DNA of 64,000 bases from a virus, in IMG/VR virus record IMGVR_UViG_3300042090_001278, positions 3,203 through 67,202 of that record. One strand, written 5' to 3'. The position numbers and the translations under genes were made by a program. Shown piece by piece: positions 1-10,109 of the stretch (positions are counted from its first letter, which is position 1; the number at the start of each line of letters is the position of its first letter). Below the pieces are notes generated by a model. The model saw only the letters and a list, made by a program, of their open reading frames with translations, searched no databases and had not been told where the DNA came from.

Positions 1-1885
1 GAGCTCGGGCACAAACTACTTCTATGCCCAGGTCCAAGATGTGACGACGAGCACATCGCTCTACGGATCGACCACGGCGAGCGACTGCAACGATGCATCG
101 TCGGTGCTGGCCAATGGCTGCTCGGCGGTTGGCGCGGGCTACTACCTATCTCAACAGGCGGTAGCGTACTCGGCGTGGCAGCTCGAGTATAACAGCGCGG
201 CATCGGCGGCAATATCGCCAACGTCGGAACCGACAACGACCAACCCGCAGTCGATCGCGGTCACGGGAACGTCGACATCCTACTCGAATGGCACGACCGG
301 CTTTGGCGTGCTGAACTATGCAAGCGTGGCCGGTGCGCCATCGGTGGCATCGACAACGGTGTCGACCACGACGGCGGCGACGGTGTCTGTCGTGCCGGGG
401 GCGACCGGCGGCTGCTGGATATTCGAGGAGACCGGCACGGCGGGAACGAGCGAGTTCCTCCTGAACGAGATATCGCCAACTTTTGCCGCGGCGACGTCGC
501 CAACCACCAGCCCGCTCTATATCACGACGGGCTCGACCGGGAATGTGCTGACGCTGACCGGAACAGGCACGGCCTGGGCGGGGCAGGGGGCGACTCCGTT
601 CGTGCTTGGGAACTCTCAGGGCGCGGCGGGGTCGATCACGGCTCAGTCGGTTACGAACAACACATCGATGACGGTGACGATAACCGCCGGGTCGACGGGG
701 GGCGATATCGCGCTCACGGATCAGTACACGGGCGAGACGCTGAGTCTGTACGACATGGACATGGAGAACGCGGGCACGAGCTCCGCTCTCTACTTCTCGC
801 CGAACTGGGTGCGCGGAGCGACGACGGCTTACTCGGTCTACAGCGGCGCGTATATCAAGGCCAATTTCACCGGCACGGCGCTCTCATTCACGACGGATAC
901 GACCGGAACCGGGCAGACGCAGGCTAACAACCCGCTTCTTTACTGGACGATCGATGGCGCAAACTACACGGCTCTCCAGGTGGCCGCATCGACGAACGTG
1001 ACGGCGTTAGAGTCGACGGGACTTGTCCCTGGAAATCACGTTTTCCAGTGCGTTCTCAACGATTTTCCGCAAAATGCCCCCGATCGGTGGGCGACGCCGA
1101 CCTACAGATGGATTTTCGACAATATCGGCTGTGACGGTACGTTTTCGCAGCCATCGACCGGGTTCTACGCGGTTCAAACGCCTATTCTGTACGTCTATGG
1201 CGACTCGATTTGCGAAGGGAAAGTGATGGGGACCGATACCGGCTCCAGCACTGGCATTTCCTTTATCGATTCGATTGTGCAGGGTCTGGCGGCCGGCCTC
1301 GGGGCCGAGTACGCCAACTTCAGCTTCATTCAGCAGGGATATACGGTCGCCGGCAGCAATGGCGCGCCCCAGCTATCGGCTCCGGGATCGGAGACCACAC
1401 TGGCATCGTCGTCGTGGTCGGGTTATGACGCAAACCACTCGCTGCTGACCAGCGGAACGTACACGACGCAGCCCACTTATGTAGTCTGCCTGATGGGCAC
1501 CAATGACGGGCCAACGTCGGGCTCGACGGAGCAGGCATCGGTGGCCGCGTGGCTGACCGCGGTCAGAGTCGCGGCGCCGTCGGCGTATGTTTTTGTCTGC
1601 TACCCCTTCGCCGGGATACAGGCGACGAACATCCTCGCGGCCTACAACACGTACCAGGTGGCAACGCCGGATTCGCGGGCCTTTCTGATCCAGACAACGG
1701 CGATTCCGTACATGCCGGACGCCGGCGTGTCGGTGACGCTCTCGAGCGCGGACGGCACGCACCCCCGGCAGTGGATCGACGAGCTCGCGCTGGGGAATAT
1801 TTTGGCGGCGATACAGGCGGACGTGACGACCGCGACGGCCTATCATGCCAGCGGTCGCGGTTTGAGCAGAAACGGAAAACGCTGA
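1..1885 (+). CDS. Ser/Thr-rich virion-associated or secreted protein with C-terminal SGNH/GDSL esterase domain (5' truncated by window)
   Basis: Frame is open from the window start; SGNH blocks YGDSICEG, CLMGTND and DGTHP; beta-rich N-terminal part. Confidence 0.75.
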   Translation, partial: SSGTNYFYAQVQDVTTSTSLYGSTTASDCNDASSVLANGCSAVGAGYYLSQQAVAYSAWQLEYNSAASAAISPTSEPTTTNPQSIAVTGTSTSYSNGTTGFGVLNYASVAGAPSVASTTVSTTTAATVSVVPGATGGCWIFEETGTAGTSEFLLNEISPTFAAATSPTTSPLYITTGSTGNVLTLTGTGTAWAGQGATPFVLGNSQGAAGSITAQSVTNNTSMTVTITAGSTGGDIALTDQYTGETLSLYDMDMENAGTSSALYFSPNWVRGATTAYSVYSGAYIKANFTGTALSFTTDTTGTGQTQANNPLLYWTIDGANYTALQVAASTNVTALESTGLVPGNHVFQCVLNDFPQNAPDRWATPTYRWIFDNIGCDGTFSQPSTGFYAVQTPILYVYGDSICEGKVMGTDTGSSTGISFIDSIVQGLAAGLGAEYANFSFIQQGYTVAGSNGAPQLSAPGSETTLASSSWSGYDANHSLLTSGTYTTQPTYVVCLMGTNDGPTSGSTEQASVAAWLTAVRVAAPSAYVFVCYPFAGIQATNILAAYNTYQVATPDSRAFLIQTTAIPYMPDAGVSVTLSSADGTHPRQWIDELALGNILAAIQADVTTATAYHASGRGLSRNGKR

Positions 1886-2868
1886 TGAAAACGATCTCCT
1901 GGGCGAGCGCTCTGGCCGTTGTGGCCGCGGTGCTGGTCGCATCGCCGCTCTTTGCCGCCTCGATCGCGTACCCGTTTCGGATCACGGACAATAGCGGGTC
2001 TCTGGTTGCCGGCGCGACGGTGAAGGTCGGCTCGACAACGCTGACAAGCAATGTCGTGCCTGTGTCGTCGGCGACGACGACCACGGTGGGAACGACGGCC
2101 GGCGAATATGTGCTGGGGACCGGAGCGGTACCGGGCGGCTCGCTGACGGTGACGCTGATCGACTTTGGCACGGGCGACTATGACCTGATTTATGACCCGA
2201 CCAGTCAAGGCGAGATGTACTTCCCGCTCGCCGTGACCAAGTCCGGATCGGTGATCACCGGTACGAACGGCACGCTGGCGCTGATCGCGACGAAGGACAG
2301 TTCTTACATCCAGACGGCTCTTCCGAATGCGGCGCCGGCGGCATCGGGCGGCATTCCTACTGTCGGGACGAGCACGGGGCAGATTACGCCGGACGGTTCC
2401 GGGAACGTCTATGTCAGCAGCGGGACGGGAACTGGCCAGGTCAGCTTGTCGAGCGGAAAAGTGCTTCTGCAGGCGACACAGACCGGGGTCACGATACCGA
2501 CCGTGACCGCGGTCGGCTCGGTCAGCGGCGCGGTTGGCTCGGTCACGGGCGCGGTCGGTTCGGTGACCGGCGGTGTCACGGTGGCATCCGGGTCGATAAC
2601 CTCTATCTCGACCGCGGACGCGACGGCTGTCGGGCAGCGGACGGCGGACGGCTTGGTGACTTTCGACGGCGCGCTTGCGATGCTGATCTCCTACCTCGAG
2701 GGGGTTGGCGCGAACTCGTATAACGCCGGCACTCTGACCCTGACATCGACCTACAAGCGTCAGGACGGGTCGACGACGGCCTACACGCACACGACGGTCC
2801 TCAACAGCGGCTCATCGGCGCCGACGCCGGCGAGCGCGGCTGGCTCGCTCGGAACGCTTCCGAACTAA
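1885..2868 (+). CDS. Gly/Ser/Thr-rich hypothetical, likely virion-associated, with signal-peptide-like N-terminus
   Basis: ATG overlaps upstream TGA (TGATG); MKTISWASALAVVAAVLVASPLFA; GAVGSVT repeats typical of phage fibre-like proteins. Confidence 0.6.
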   Translation: MKTISWASALAVVAAVLVASPLFAASIAYPFRITDNSGSLVAGATVKVGSTTLTSNVVPVSSATTTTVGTTAGEYVLGTGAVPGGSLTVTLIDFGTGDYDLIYDPTSQGEMYFPLAVTKSGSVITGTNGTLALIATKDSSYIQTALPNAAPAASGGIPTVGTSTGQITPDGSGNVYVSSGTGTGQVSLSSGKVLLQATQTGVTIPTVTAVGSVSGAVGSVTGAVGSVTGGVTVASGSITSISTADATAVGQRTADGLVTFDGALAMLISYLEGVGANSYNAGTLTLTSTYKRQDGSTTAYTHTTVLNSGSSAPTPASAAGSLGTLPN

Positions 2869-2900
2869 CGTGCACGAGGGTGCAACGCCCGACTGCCGTT
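2867..2900. repeat. Family J palindrome (AACGTGCACGAGGGTGCA); reverse-complement copy at 38999-39022
   Basis: 38999 GAACGTGCACCCTCGTGCACGTTC is a hairpin whose reverse complement matches 2867-2884; both follow a stop codon. Confidence 0.6.
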
Positions 2901-2946
2901 TGAAGCCTCTCCCTAGGAACGCCGTCCGTCCAAAGCAGGTGCCAAC

Positions 2947-4218
2947 GTGGGTCTTGATGATGGACTGGGCGACGGGCTTGGCGACGGGCTCGGCGGTGGA
3001 CTCACGCCTGGCGCCGGTCCCACGGGTCCGCCAAATGTCGCGGCAAATGTCGCTTACCTGGGCGTGACCCAGCAGTCGACGTCGACGCCCTACCCGCCGC
3101 CGGGATCGCTTGCGTTATTTGCGACCGGGAACCTGCTGTCCGACTTCCTGGTCGGCGACACGACGACCGGTTACACATCGACAAATGCGGCCGGCAACAC
3201 GCTCGGCGATCTCAATCAGGTCTACGCACTGATCGATTTCGGCTTCACGGCCATCGCGATTTCGGCATGGGAGGTGGCGCTCGCGGTGTCGACGCTGCAC
3301 GGGAGCGTGACCGAGACGGGGCACGTGCGGCTGTGGTACTCGGACGACGGCGTTACCTGGACTCAGTACGATGACCACGGCGGCCTTGCGGCGACCTACG
3401 CCGGTTCGTGGTCTCTGACGCCGGCGACGCATCGGTACTGGTGCGTGCTGGCGTCGATGGAGCTGTTCACGACCGGTGACCAGACCACGACCTACCTTTC
3501 CGATCTTCGCCTTTACGACGGCTCGGGCAACCTGATCCTCTGGCCGTCGGCTCCCAATGTGACGCTCTCGGCATCCCTGATCGTGCTTCTGCAGGGCCAA
3601 TCCACAACGCTGACCTATACGGTCCAGGGCGCTCAGTCGGCGTCAATCAGTAATGGTGTCGGCGCGATCACCGGGTCAGGCTCGATCGTGGTGACGCCCG
3701 GTGTCGGGATCACCTACTACGTTCTTTCGGCGACGAACCAGGACGGGACGTCGACCACGGCGGTTGCGATATTCACGCTTCCGATCACCTCGTTTGGAGA
3801 TTACACGATGTCAAATGTACAGGCTCCGAGCTATCCGCTCGCGCAAGAATATTATCCGTATCAGGCCGACAACGGATCGGACTTTTGGGGAAAGAATGGG
3901 CAAACCACGATCGCGCACAAGGTGATTCTGGCGACCACCGGGGCATCCCCAGTCAATGTCGTTCCGTCGAGCCCCGGCAAGCAGATCCGGCTGATCTCGT
4001 TCACGCTTGCGACATCGGTGGCCGGGTCGGTGCAGTTCCAGGACGAGGCGCCAACGCCAAATGTCATCGTCGGGGCCATCCCGATCGCGGCGAATACCGT
4101 CGTCTCGGTCGGCGGCAAGTACGGATGCGGCACGACGCTGATCAATGGTGCGCTCGATATCGTGGTGACGGGCGTGGCCGCGGCGGTCGGCGGGTTCCTC
4201 GTGTACTGCTACGAATAG
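2947..4218 (+). CDS. Hypothetical virion protein (discoidin-like and Ig-like segments)
   Basis: 423-aa ORF; YSDDGVTW and GQSTTLTYTV motifs; possible internal start ATG 3808 preceded by GGAG. Confidence 0.55.
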   Translation: MGLDDGLGDGLGDGLGGGLTPGAGPTGPPNVAANVAYLGVTQQSTSTPYPPPGSLALFATGNLLSDFLVGDTTTGYTSTNAAGNTLGDLNQVYALIDFGFTAIAISAWEVALAVSTLHGSVTETGHVRLWYSDDGVTWTQYDDHGGLAATYAGSWSLTPATHRYWCVLASMELFTTGDQTTTYLSDLRLYDGSGNLILWPSAPNVTLSASLIVLLQGQSTTLTYTVQGAQSASISNGVGAITGSGSIVVTPGVGITYYVLSATNQDGTSTTAVAIFTLPITSFGDYTMSNVQAPSYPLAQEYYPYQADNGSDFWGKNGQTTIAHKVILATTGASPVNVVPSSPGKQIRLISFTLATSVAGSVQFQDEAPTPNVIVGAIPIAANTVVSVGGKYGCGTTLINGALDIVVTGVAAAVGGFLVYCYE

Positions 4219-4265
4219 GGTAGGTAGGACTCAGGAATGGGTCTTATGGGACGTAGGGGACGTAT

Positions 4266-4314
4266 GGCAAGCGTAACGCTTGACCCGTGATGGGGAGAAT
4301 TTTGAGTATGGCCG
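4266..4314 (+). repeat. Family I element: 7-bp palindromic stem followed by A(C/T)CCGTGATGG; copies at 4266, 5352, 15185, 26460
   Basis: Stems CAAGCGT/ACGCTTG, CAAACGT/ACGTTTG and TGAACGT/ACGTTCA co-vary; 4280-4314 and 5366-5400 are nearly identical through the downstream ATG. Confidence 0.75.
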
Positions 4315-5369
4315 CACGCAAGGAAAAATCGCCGACCGACACGGCAGCGCTTTTGCCCGTGTCCCCGGTGCCGATGAAGATGCAGCTACCTATCTCGCCG
4401 GCGACTTTAGCGGAGACCTCCCCCCAGCCCCCTCCTCCAGAGGGGGAGCAGGAGCCGTTGGGCGTGCCGCACCCGACAGCCGTTCTGGCGCCGTTGGGCG
4501 TGCCGCACCCGACAGCCGTTCTGCCGCCGGCGCCTCTTCCCGAGACGATCTTCGCCTGGGACGTGCCGTGCGAGCGGTTCGGGTACACGCTGCGGATCGA
4601 GGCTCCGGCTCCGAATGTGCATGCGGCGCGCGAGATGGCGATGGCCTACCGCGTGCCCGACGATTCGCAGTCGGTCGCCGGCGCGCCGCATCATGTCGAC
4701 CCTCTGCGGTCGACCGAGGAGATCGCAAAGGGCCGGCCGCTGACTCAGCTCGAGGCGAACTGGGTCGGAACGACCCCGCCGGTGGTGGTCCGGCGGACGG
4801 CGGACGTGACGCTCTCACATGAGGCGGCGCTATTGCATAACACCCGGCTGAACGCCGAGAATGTCGGGTATTTGTCGACGAAGGATCTGTTCGCGGAACA
4901 CGAGATCGACGTTTTTCACCCGCAAGTGTTTATCGACCGGGTCATGGCCGAGGCCTCGGCGGTGGTCAAGGCGGCGACGGACAAGAGAGAGGCGGAGGAA
5001 CGGGCGCTGTGGCTCGTTCTGACGCGGCTTGAGAGAGAGTTTGCAGCCGCGATCGGGTCGAGCCGCTACGCGCCTCCGAAGGCAGCGGCGCTGGTCGAGC
5101 CGGACTATGCTGATTTGACGATCGTGGTGCATGGCGATATCGAGGAGAGCCGGAACAAGTTCCGCCGGCTGGCGTCGGCCAATTGGACCGTGGTTGAGCC
5201 GGGCGAGCCGTTGACCGAGGATGAGCAGACGGCGATGGAAATGCTGACAGCCGACGAGACCGGCTTCTTCGACACGTCGATTCGCGGGTTCATCACCGAG
5301 GACCAGGAGCGAGGCCTGCGGGCGCTGCGGGCGCGGTTTGCCGCGCTGTTCGGCAAACGTCACGTTTGA
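4308..5369 (+). CDS. Hypothetical protein carrying in-frame family H and 2x family C elements
   Basis: ATG 4308 after GGAG; PLGVPHPTAVLA twice. Confidence 0.65.
   Translation: MAARKEKSPTDTAALLPVSPVPMKMQLPISPATLAETSPQPPPPEGEQEPLGVPHPTAVLAPLGVPHPTAVLPPAPLPETIFAWDVPCERFGYTLRIEAPAPNVHAAREMAMAYRVPDDSQSVAGAPHHVDPLRSTEEIAKGRPLTQLEANWVGTTPPVVVRRTADVTLSHEAALLHNTRLNAENVGYLSTKDLFAEHEIDVFHPQVFIDRVMAEASAVVKAATDKREAEERALWLVLTRLEREFAAAIGSSRYAPPKAAALVEPDYADLTIVVHGDIEESRNKFRRLASANWTVVEPGEPLTEDEQTAMEMLTADETGFFDTSIRGFITEDQERGLRALRARFAALFGKRHV
4416..4450 (+). repeat. Family H C-rich/G-rich hairpin element; second copy 48157-48195
   Basis: ACCTCCCCC..CCCCCTCCT..AGGGGGAG in both copies, both within ORFs. Confidence 0.55.
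4454..4525 (+). repeat. Family C 36-bp element x2 (GCCGTTGGGCGTGCCGCACCCGACAGCCGTTCTGGC)
   Basis: Other copies: 10217-10252, 27804-27831, reverse x4 at 30064-30207, 35672-35699, degenerate 21030-21060 and 60478-60508. Confidence 0.9.
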
Positions 5370-5393
5370 TCCGTGATGGAGAGAATTTTGAGT

Positions 5394-5576
5394 ATGGCCG
5401 AGCCGCAGTTCATCATCCTGCTTGTCCTCCTGGCGCTGATCGCGATCGGGTCATGCGTCTCGGCGGTGTGCTGGGTGCTGTTTTATCTGCGGCTGGGCGG
5501 CGTGCCGCTGCCGGTGCTCGACTTTGAGATACGCGCCTTCAAGCGGCGTAGACAGAAGCGGTATTTGGGAATGTAG
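5394..5576 (+). CDS. Small membrane protein
   Basis: Hydrophobic helix and basic tail; same leader as the 4308 gene. Confidence 0.5.
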   Translation: MAEPQFIILLVLLALIAIGSCVSAVCWVLFYLRLGGVPLPVLDFEIRAFKRRRQKRYLGM

Positions 5577-5814
5577 GAGTGGCTAAGCATAAGTTCTGGT
5601 CATCCGTATACGGGCGTTTCAAGGTGTATTGTCCGCGCGCCACTTGCGGTTCTATCCGTTGCCGCTGGAGCTCGGAAACGCGGCGGCCATGAAGCAATAT
5701 CAGACCGCTTGCGCCAAGGACGAGCCAAAAGAGGAAGGCAATTATATACTTGACTAAGCTTAGCCAAGTATATAATTACCAAGAGGAAATTGTGTATCTC
5801 GGCCGCGAGGACGT

Positions 5815-6279
5815 TTGACAGTGGTTTTCGACAGCGACGCGCAGGCGCTGGCGTGCTGCCGTTGGTGGCAGCGCGTCTTGCGGCTTCAGGACTGGGATGT
5901 CAGCGTGCGCATCGTGAGCAGCGCCGCGATGAAGACTCTTGACCGTGTCGGGCAGATCACGGAGTTCGCGGCTAAGAAGCTGGCGTGTATCGACCTGCTG
6001 AACGCGGCCGACTACGCATCGGGCGCTGACTTCTGCTCTCCGGAGCAGGACCACGAAAAAACGCTCGTGCATGAGCTTCTGCATCTGCACACGCTTGACT
6101 GGCCGGGTAAGGATGATACCGGCGGCGCCACGAACGCCGAAGAGGTTTGTGTCGACACGCTCGCGAGGGCGCTGGTCGAGATGAAAAGGAAAAACGATGG
6201 CCTACAACGAGAAAACCAAGCAGATGAAGCCGAGTCCGACAGCGCCGGCGGGCGCGAAAACGGCCGGTCCGAACGGTAG
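5815..6279 (+). CDS. HExxH zinc metallopeptidase-like phage protein
   Basis: W-Q-x-x-LRLQDWD and EKTLVHELLHL motifs; GAGG before TTG start. Confidence 0.65.
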   Translation: MTVVFDSDAQALACCRWWQRVLRLQDWDVSVRIVSSAAMKTLDRVGQITEFAAKKLACIDLLNAADYASGADFCSPEQDHEKTLVHELLHLHTLDWPGKDDTGGATNAEEVCVDTLARALVEMKRKNDGLQRENQADEAESDSAGGRENGRSER

Positions 6280-6421
6280 CTTTAGGATCGACGACAAGGA
6301 GCATGCGCGGCTTGCGATCTCCGGCGCGACGCGAAGCGAGCGCGCGGGGCATATCACGCCGGCGGTCGAGGCGACGGTCAAGGAAAAGGCTCGCGGCGTG
6401 CTTCACAAGGGCAAGAAGTAG
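6197..6421 (+). CDS. Small basic protein upstream of portal
   Basis: AGGA RBS; FRIDDKEHARLAIS motif of a kind seen near phage head genes. Confidence 0.55.
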   Translation: MAYNEKTKQMKPSPTAPAGAKTAGPNGSFRIDDKEHARLAISGATRSERAGHITPAVEATVKEKARGVLHKGKK

Positions 6422-6425
6422 CGGT

Positions 6426-6962
6426 CTATCCCCACCGGCCTGAGCCCGAGATAACGTCCGGAGACGGCTTGTCGGTGATGTGGATTCCGGGCCAGTCCTT
6501 TGAGACTGGCGTCCGGTAGTCGGCGTCGCCGAAGCAAAGTGCGATTTCGGACATGTGGCGCAGAGTGCGCTCGAAGAAACCGGCGGCGTTGCCTTTGTCG
6601 TCTACGCCGTTTGGCCACATTTCGGCGTGAATGTCGATCATGCTGAAGCCGTCGCGCCTGGCGGTGCAAGCCGGGCATGAGGAATTAAAAGGCGGTTCTC
6701 TTCTCCGAACCGCGTCGAGCATGTTCGGACCCCATTCTACAAAGGTCACCTTGACAGCGGTGCTGGTTTCGACATAATCGGACAGCGAGGACACGGGTGA
6801 TGGCGGCGGACTGACGGGTTCCGGTACCGCGCGGGCGAGCGCCCGACCTAGCACCCTGTGGACTTTGTCGCGGATTTCGCGCGTCCGGGATAGGCTGAAC
6901 GGTTGTGGACTGAAGCGGTCGTCGGACCTATTTTGCCTGAGTGCCATTCTCCTATTATGCAC
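6426..6962 (-). CDS. Hypothetical protein (start uncertain)
   Basis: Only sizeable ORF in this gap; CPAC motif. Confidence 0.4.
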   Translation of the reverse strand: MHNRRMALRQNRSDDRFSPQPFSLSRTREIRDKVHRVLGRALARAVPEPVSPPPSPVSSLSDYVETSTAVKVTFVEWGPNMLDAVRRREPPFNSSCPACTARRDGFSMIDIHAEMWPNGVDDKGNAAGFFERTLRHMSEIALCFGDADYRTPVSKDWPGIHITDKPSPDVISGSGRWG

Positions 6963-7239
6963 GGATTCGGCGCAGGCCCGTTAGTAGACAAAATCCAGGC
7001 GACCCCAAAACACAAGATGTAGTGGCCAAGGATTCTCGCGTGGCGAGATTCGATGACCGTTTATGTGGCAAACGTCTCCTTTTCAGCCGCGAACGCGGTG
7101 CGATTCGATACCGGTTTTGCCCTCTGTTCGCCCATGCAACAGAACGAAAGTTATCGGTAGCAAACACTCACTGACACAGCGTCATTACAAAGTTATTCCA
7201 CTCGACGACAAATTGTAATTGTCGTCGGCTCCCCTCACC

Positions 7240-9561
7240 ATGCCCGACATCATTGACAAAATCTCTGACGGCTTCAAAGCGGCCGTGCGCGCCATCACGA
7301 CTCCGGCTGTCCCGCTCTCCGACCCGGAGAATATCGACAGCCAGGTCGACCGATCGGACCTGAAGAAACCGGACTCTCAGCCGGCGGCCGGCGAGGCGCG
7401 CAAGCTGGTTGAGCTTGGCGAGGAGCGGTACGAGGAGTCGCGGCTTGGCCGGTGGCGCAGGAACGCCGACATCTTCACCGGGATTGCGCTGTTTCAGGGC
7501 AAGGCGTGGCTCGACTATGACGACGCGAGCGGCAGCAATATGCCGGTCAAGGGCGCGAACACGAACCCGGACTTCGATGAGAAGTTTGTCAGGAAGTCCG
7601 AGAATATCGTTCGCGTGATGGTCGAGCGGGCCGTGGCCAGGATCACGGCCGCCTATCCGGACGCATGGGCGGCGCCGCTGACGGACAGCGACAAGGACAA
7701 GGCGGCGGCTCAGATCGCGCGGTCTGTCACGGCGCACTGTACGCGGCATACACACCGGCAAAGGCTGCTGCGTGACGCGATCCTCGCGATGCTGATCTCG
7801 ACGACGGTCTTTATCGAGGTTGGCTGGGATCCGAAGGCGATGGCGGACACCGGAGTCCCGCAGCCGGACGGGTCGATCGAGTACCACGAGGCGCGGATCG
7901 GCGATGTGGTCAACAACCTGATGCTCGCGATCGACGCCTATCCGGACCCGAACGCGGTGCTGACCGGAAACGGGATCCACGACGGGGCGTACTTTATCAA
8001 GCGCTGCATTCGGTCGGTGGACTTTGTCAAGCAAAAGTGGGGCAAGACGGTCAAGGCGACAACGACGAGCGGTACGTACGGCTCGCTCGAGCAGCGGCTC
8101 GAATGGCTGGCCGATGACCACGGCCGCGCGAACACGCGCAACAAGAACTGCACGGAAGTGACCGAGGTCTGGGAGAAGCCGCAAGACGACCTGTACCCGG
8201 AGGGCCGGTTCTGGGCCTACAGCGGCGACAAAACGCTGCTCTGGGCCGGGCCGTGGCCTTACGAGAAGAAGGACCGCTACCCGTTTGTCGCGATGCAGTA
8301 TCAGACTAACCAAGCATCGATTTGGGGTCTGAACATGACGCGCGACCTGCGCGACGTGCAGATCAGCATCAACAAGCTGGCGACGTATCTCGCCGGCAGG
8401 CTCGAATGGGACCGACCGGTTCTGTTCAACCCGGACAATTCGCAGATCGCGCCGGATGATTTGATCAGCCCGCAGTACGCGCAGATAATCGGCTACAAGG
8501 GTGAGCAGGTGGGCGGGGCAAAGCCGACCTGGGTCTACCCGCCGCCGCCAGGCGACTTCTACTTCGCGCTGCGCAAGCAGCTCATGGACACGGCGGAGTT
8601 TATCGCCGGCGTGCACGATTTCAACTCGGATGCCGCGACGCCGCCGTCGAGCGGCTTCGAGTTCGAGCTGCGCCAGGAAGAGGACAAGAGCCGCCTGCGG
8701 CCGGTGATCGACCATATCAGCGAGTGCGTGGTTGAGCTGTACGAGTGGGATATTGCGCTCTACCGGCAGTATGGATCGTCGTTCCCGCGGCTGATGGGGA
8801 TCGACGACAAGGCCGTGCCGACCAAATCGCTCGCGGGTCAGGGCGCCGCGGCATCGGCGATGGTCGATTTGCAAGCTCTGAAAGACGGACACTGCCGCGT
8901 TGTGCTTCAGCCGGGCAGCGGCGAGGCGAAACTGCCGGCCGCGCAGCAAGAGGAGCTGAACAAGTTTGTCGGTCTGATGGCGAAGGGGATTCCATCGCCG
9001 GTCCTTGAGTTCTACCTCGACGGCTGCACGTGGATACGCTCCGATGCCAATGTCGACCGGCTGATTGCGAACTACAAGTTGTATGAAGCCGCTCAGGCCC
9101 AGCAGCAGATGGCCATGCAGTCCATGAAGGGCGACCAGGCCCAGCAGCAGCTTCAAGCCAAGAACCAGGCCGCGCAGTCTCAGGCGAACATCCAGGTGCA
9201 GGCCGAGCAGGCCAAGGCCGCGATCGACGTTCACGCGCAGTCCCTCGAGCAGACCTGGCGGATGCAGGCGGACCAGGCGACCGAGAACGACCGGTTCGCG
9301 CACTCAATGGCGCTGCTACAGGCCAAGCAGAATACAGTCGTGCCGACCGTCTCGATCGCGGTGAAGGCCGACCCGACAGCGACCGCGAGCGCCGAGGAGA
9401 AGGCCGGACTCGAATCCTCCGACCCGGCGACGGTCAAGGCGATGCTGATGCCGCCGAAGCCGACGCTAGGGGCGTCGAGCGGTGCGTCGGACGGTGGGTC
9501 GAGCGGGTCGAGTAAGCCGGGACTGAAACCTGCGGCGAAGAGGAAACCTGATGCGAAGTAA
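7240..9561 (+). CDS. Portal protein, P22-like
   Basis: ~770 aa; D-x-x-AA-I-A motif, YPF..YQ..WG..RDLRDVQ..IN segment, Q/A-rich C-terminal coiled coil; lies before scaffold and capsid. Confidence 0.85.
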   Translation: MPDIIDKISDGFKAAVRAITTPAVPLSDPENIDSQVDRSDLKKPDSQPAAGEARKLVELGEERYEESRLGRWRRNADIFTGIALFQGKAWLDYDDASGSNMPVKGANTNPDFDEKFVRKSENIVRVMVERAVARITAAYPDAWAAPLTDSDKDKAAAQIARSVTAHCTRHTHRQRLLRDAILAMLISTTVFIEVGWDPKAMADTGVPQPDGSIEYHEARIGDVVNNLMLAIDAYPDPNAVLTGNGIHDGAYFIKRCIRSVDFVKQKWGKTVKATTTSGTYGSLEQRLEWLADDHGRANTRNKNCTEVTEVWEKPQDDLYPEGRFWAYSGDKTLLWAGPWPYEKKDRYPFVAMQYQTNQASIWGLNMTRDLRDVQISINKLATYLAGRLEWDRPVLFNPDNSQIAPDDLISPQYAQIIGYKGEQVGGAKPTWVYPPPPGDFYFALRKQLMDTAEFIAGVHDFNSDAATPPSSGFEFELRQEEDKSRLRPVIDHISECVVELYEWDIALYRQYGSSFPRLMGIDDKAVPTKSLAGQGAAASAMVDLQALKDGHCRVVLQPGSGEAKLPAAQQEELNKFVGLMAKGIPSPVLEFYLDGCTWIRSDANVDRLIANYKLYEAAQAQQQMAMQSMKGDQAQQQLQAKNQAAQSQANIQVQAEQAKAAIDVHAQSLEQTWRMQADQATENDRFAHSMALLQAKQNTVVPTVSIAVKADPTATASAEEKAGLESSDPATVKAMLMPPKPTLGASSGASDGGSSGSSKPGLKPAAKRKPDAK

Positions 9562-9571
9562 CACTGACGCC

Positions 9572-9988
9572 ATGCCGGACCTTTCGGCCCTCCAGCCAAC
9601 TCGTCCGCCGAAGATGCACGCGATACGCGCGCCTCACCCGATGTCGCTTGAGGCGCGGCCGGAGCGGATCGCGCATCCGTCCGAGAAGGGCCGCGACATG
9701 CTGGGTCGCCTGATGCCGGGCATGCGGCTGCCGGGGTCGGCGCCGCTGTTTCGGGCCGGAGGGCAAGGGCAGGGATTCAGGAATGGGACGAATAGCGAAG
9801 CCGGCGCGTCGAGCGCTACGCATCCGCTTAGGACGAATGGGACCAATACGACAATGCCGCGGACAGGACAATCGCGCGTCATGCCGCCGATCGCGGCAAG
9901 GTCGGCCAGGGTGGTCCCGCCGGCGGCGCCGACGATGGCTGCTCCGATGCCGCTGATGCCGGCGGGTCCGAGGAATCAGCCGTTTTGA
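9572..9988 (+). CDS. Pro/Met-rich hypothetical with in-frame family A element and nested family D element
   Basis: ORF encodes NGTN-SEAGASSATHPL-RTNGTNTTMP. Confidence 0.5.
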   Translation: MPDLSALQPTRPPKMHAIRAPHPMSLEARPERIAHPSEKGRDMLGRLMPGMRLPGSAPLFRAGGQGQGFRNGTNSEAGASSATHPLRTNGTNTTMPRTGQSRVMPPIAARSARVVPPAAPTMAAPMPLMPAGPRNQPF

Positions 9989-10109
9989 GACCCATTGTCT
10001 GAACTGTGATTACGCTGATTGATTGATGGACTGTGATTTTTCGGAGACGGCCTAGGGCATTTGCCCCTGGCTCTGAGTTGCGGACTGACGATTTGGGAGA
10101 TTTTAGACC

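Noticed and set aside
7168-9303. 711-aa reverse-strand ORF and many similar antisense ORFs
   Set aside because: Shadow of the portal gene caused by high-GC codon bias; Arg/Leu/Val-rich with no motifs
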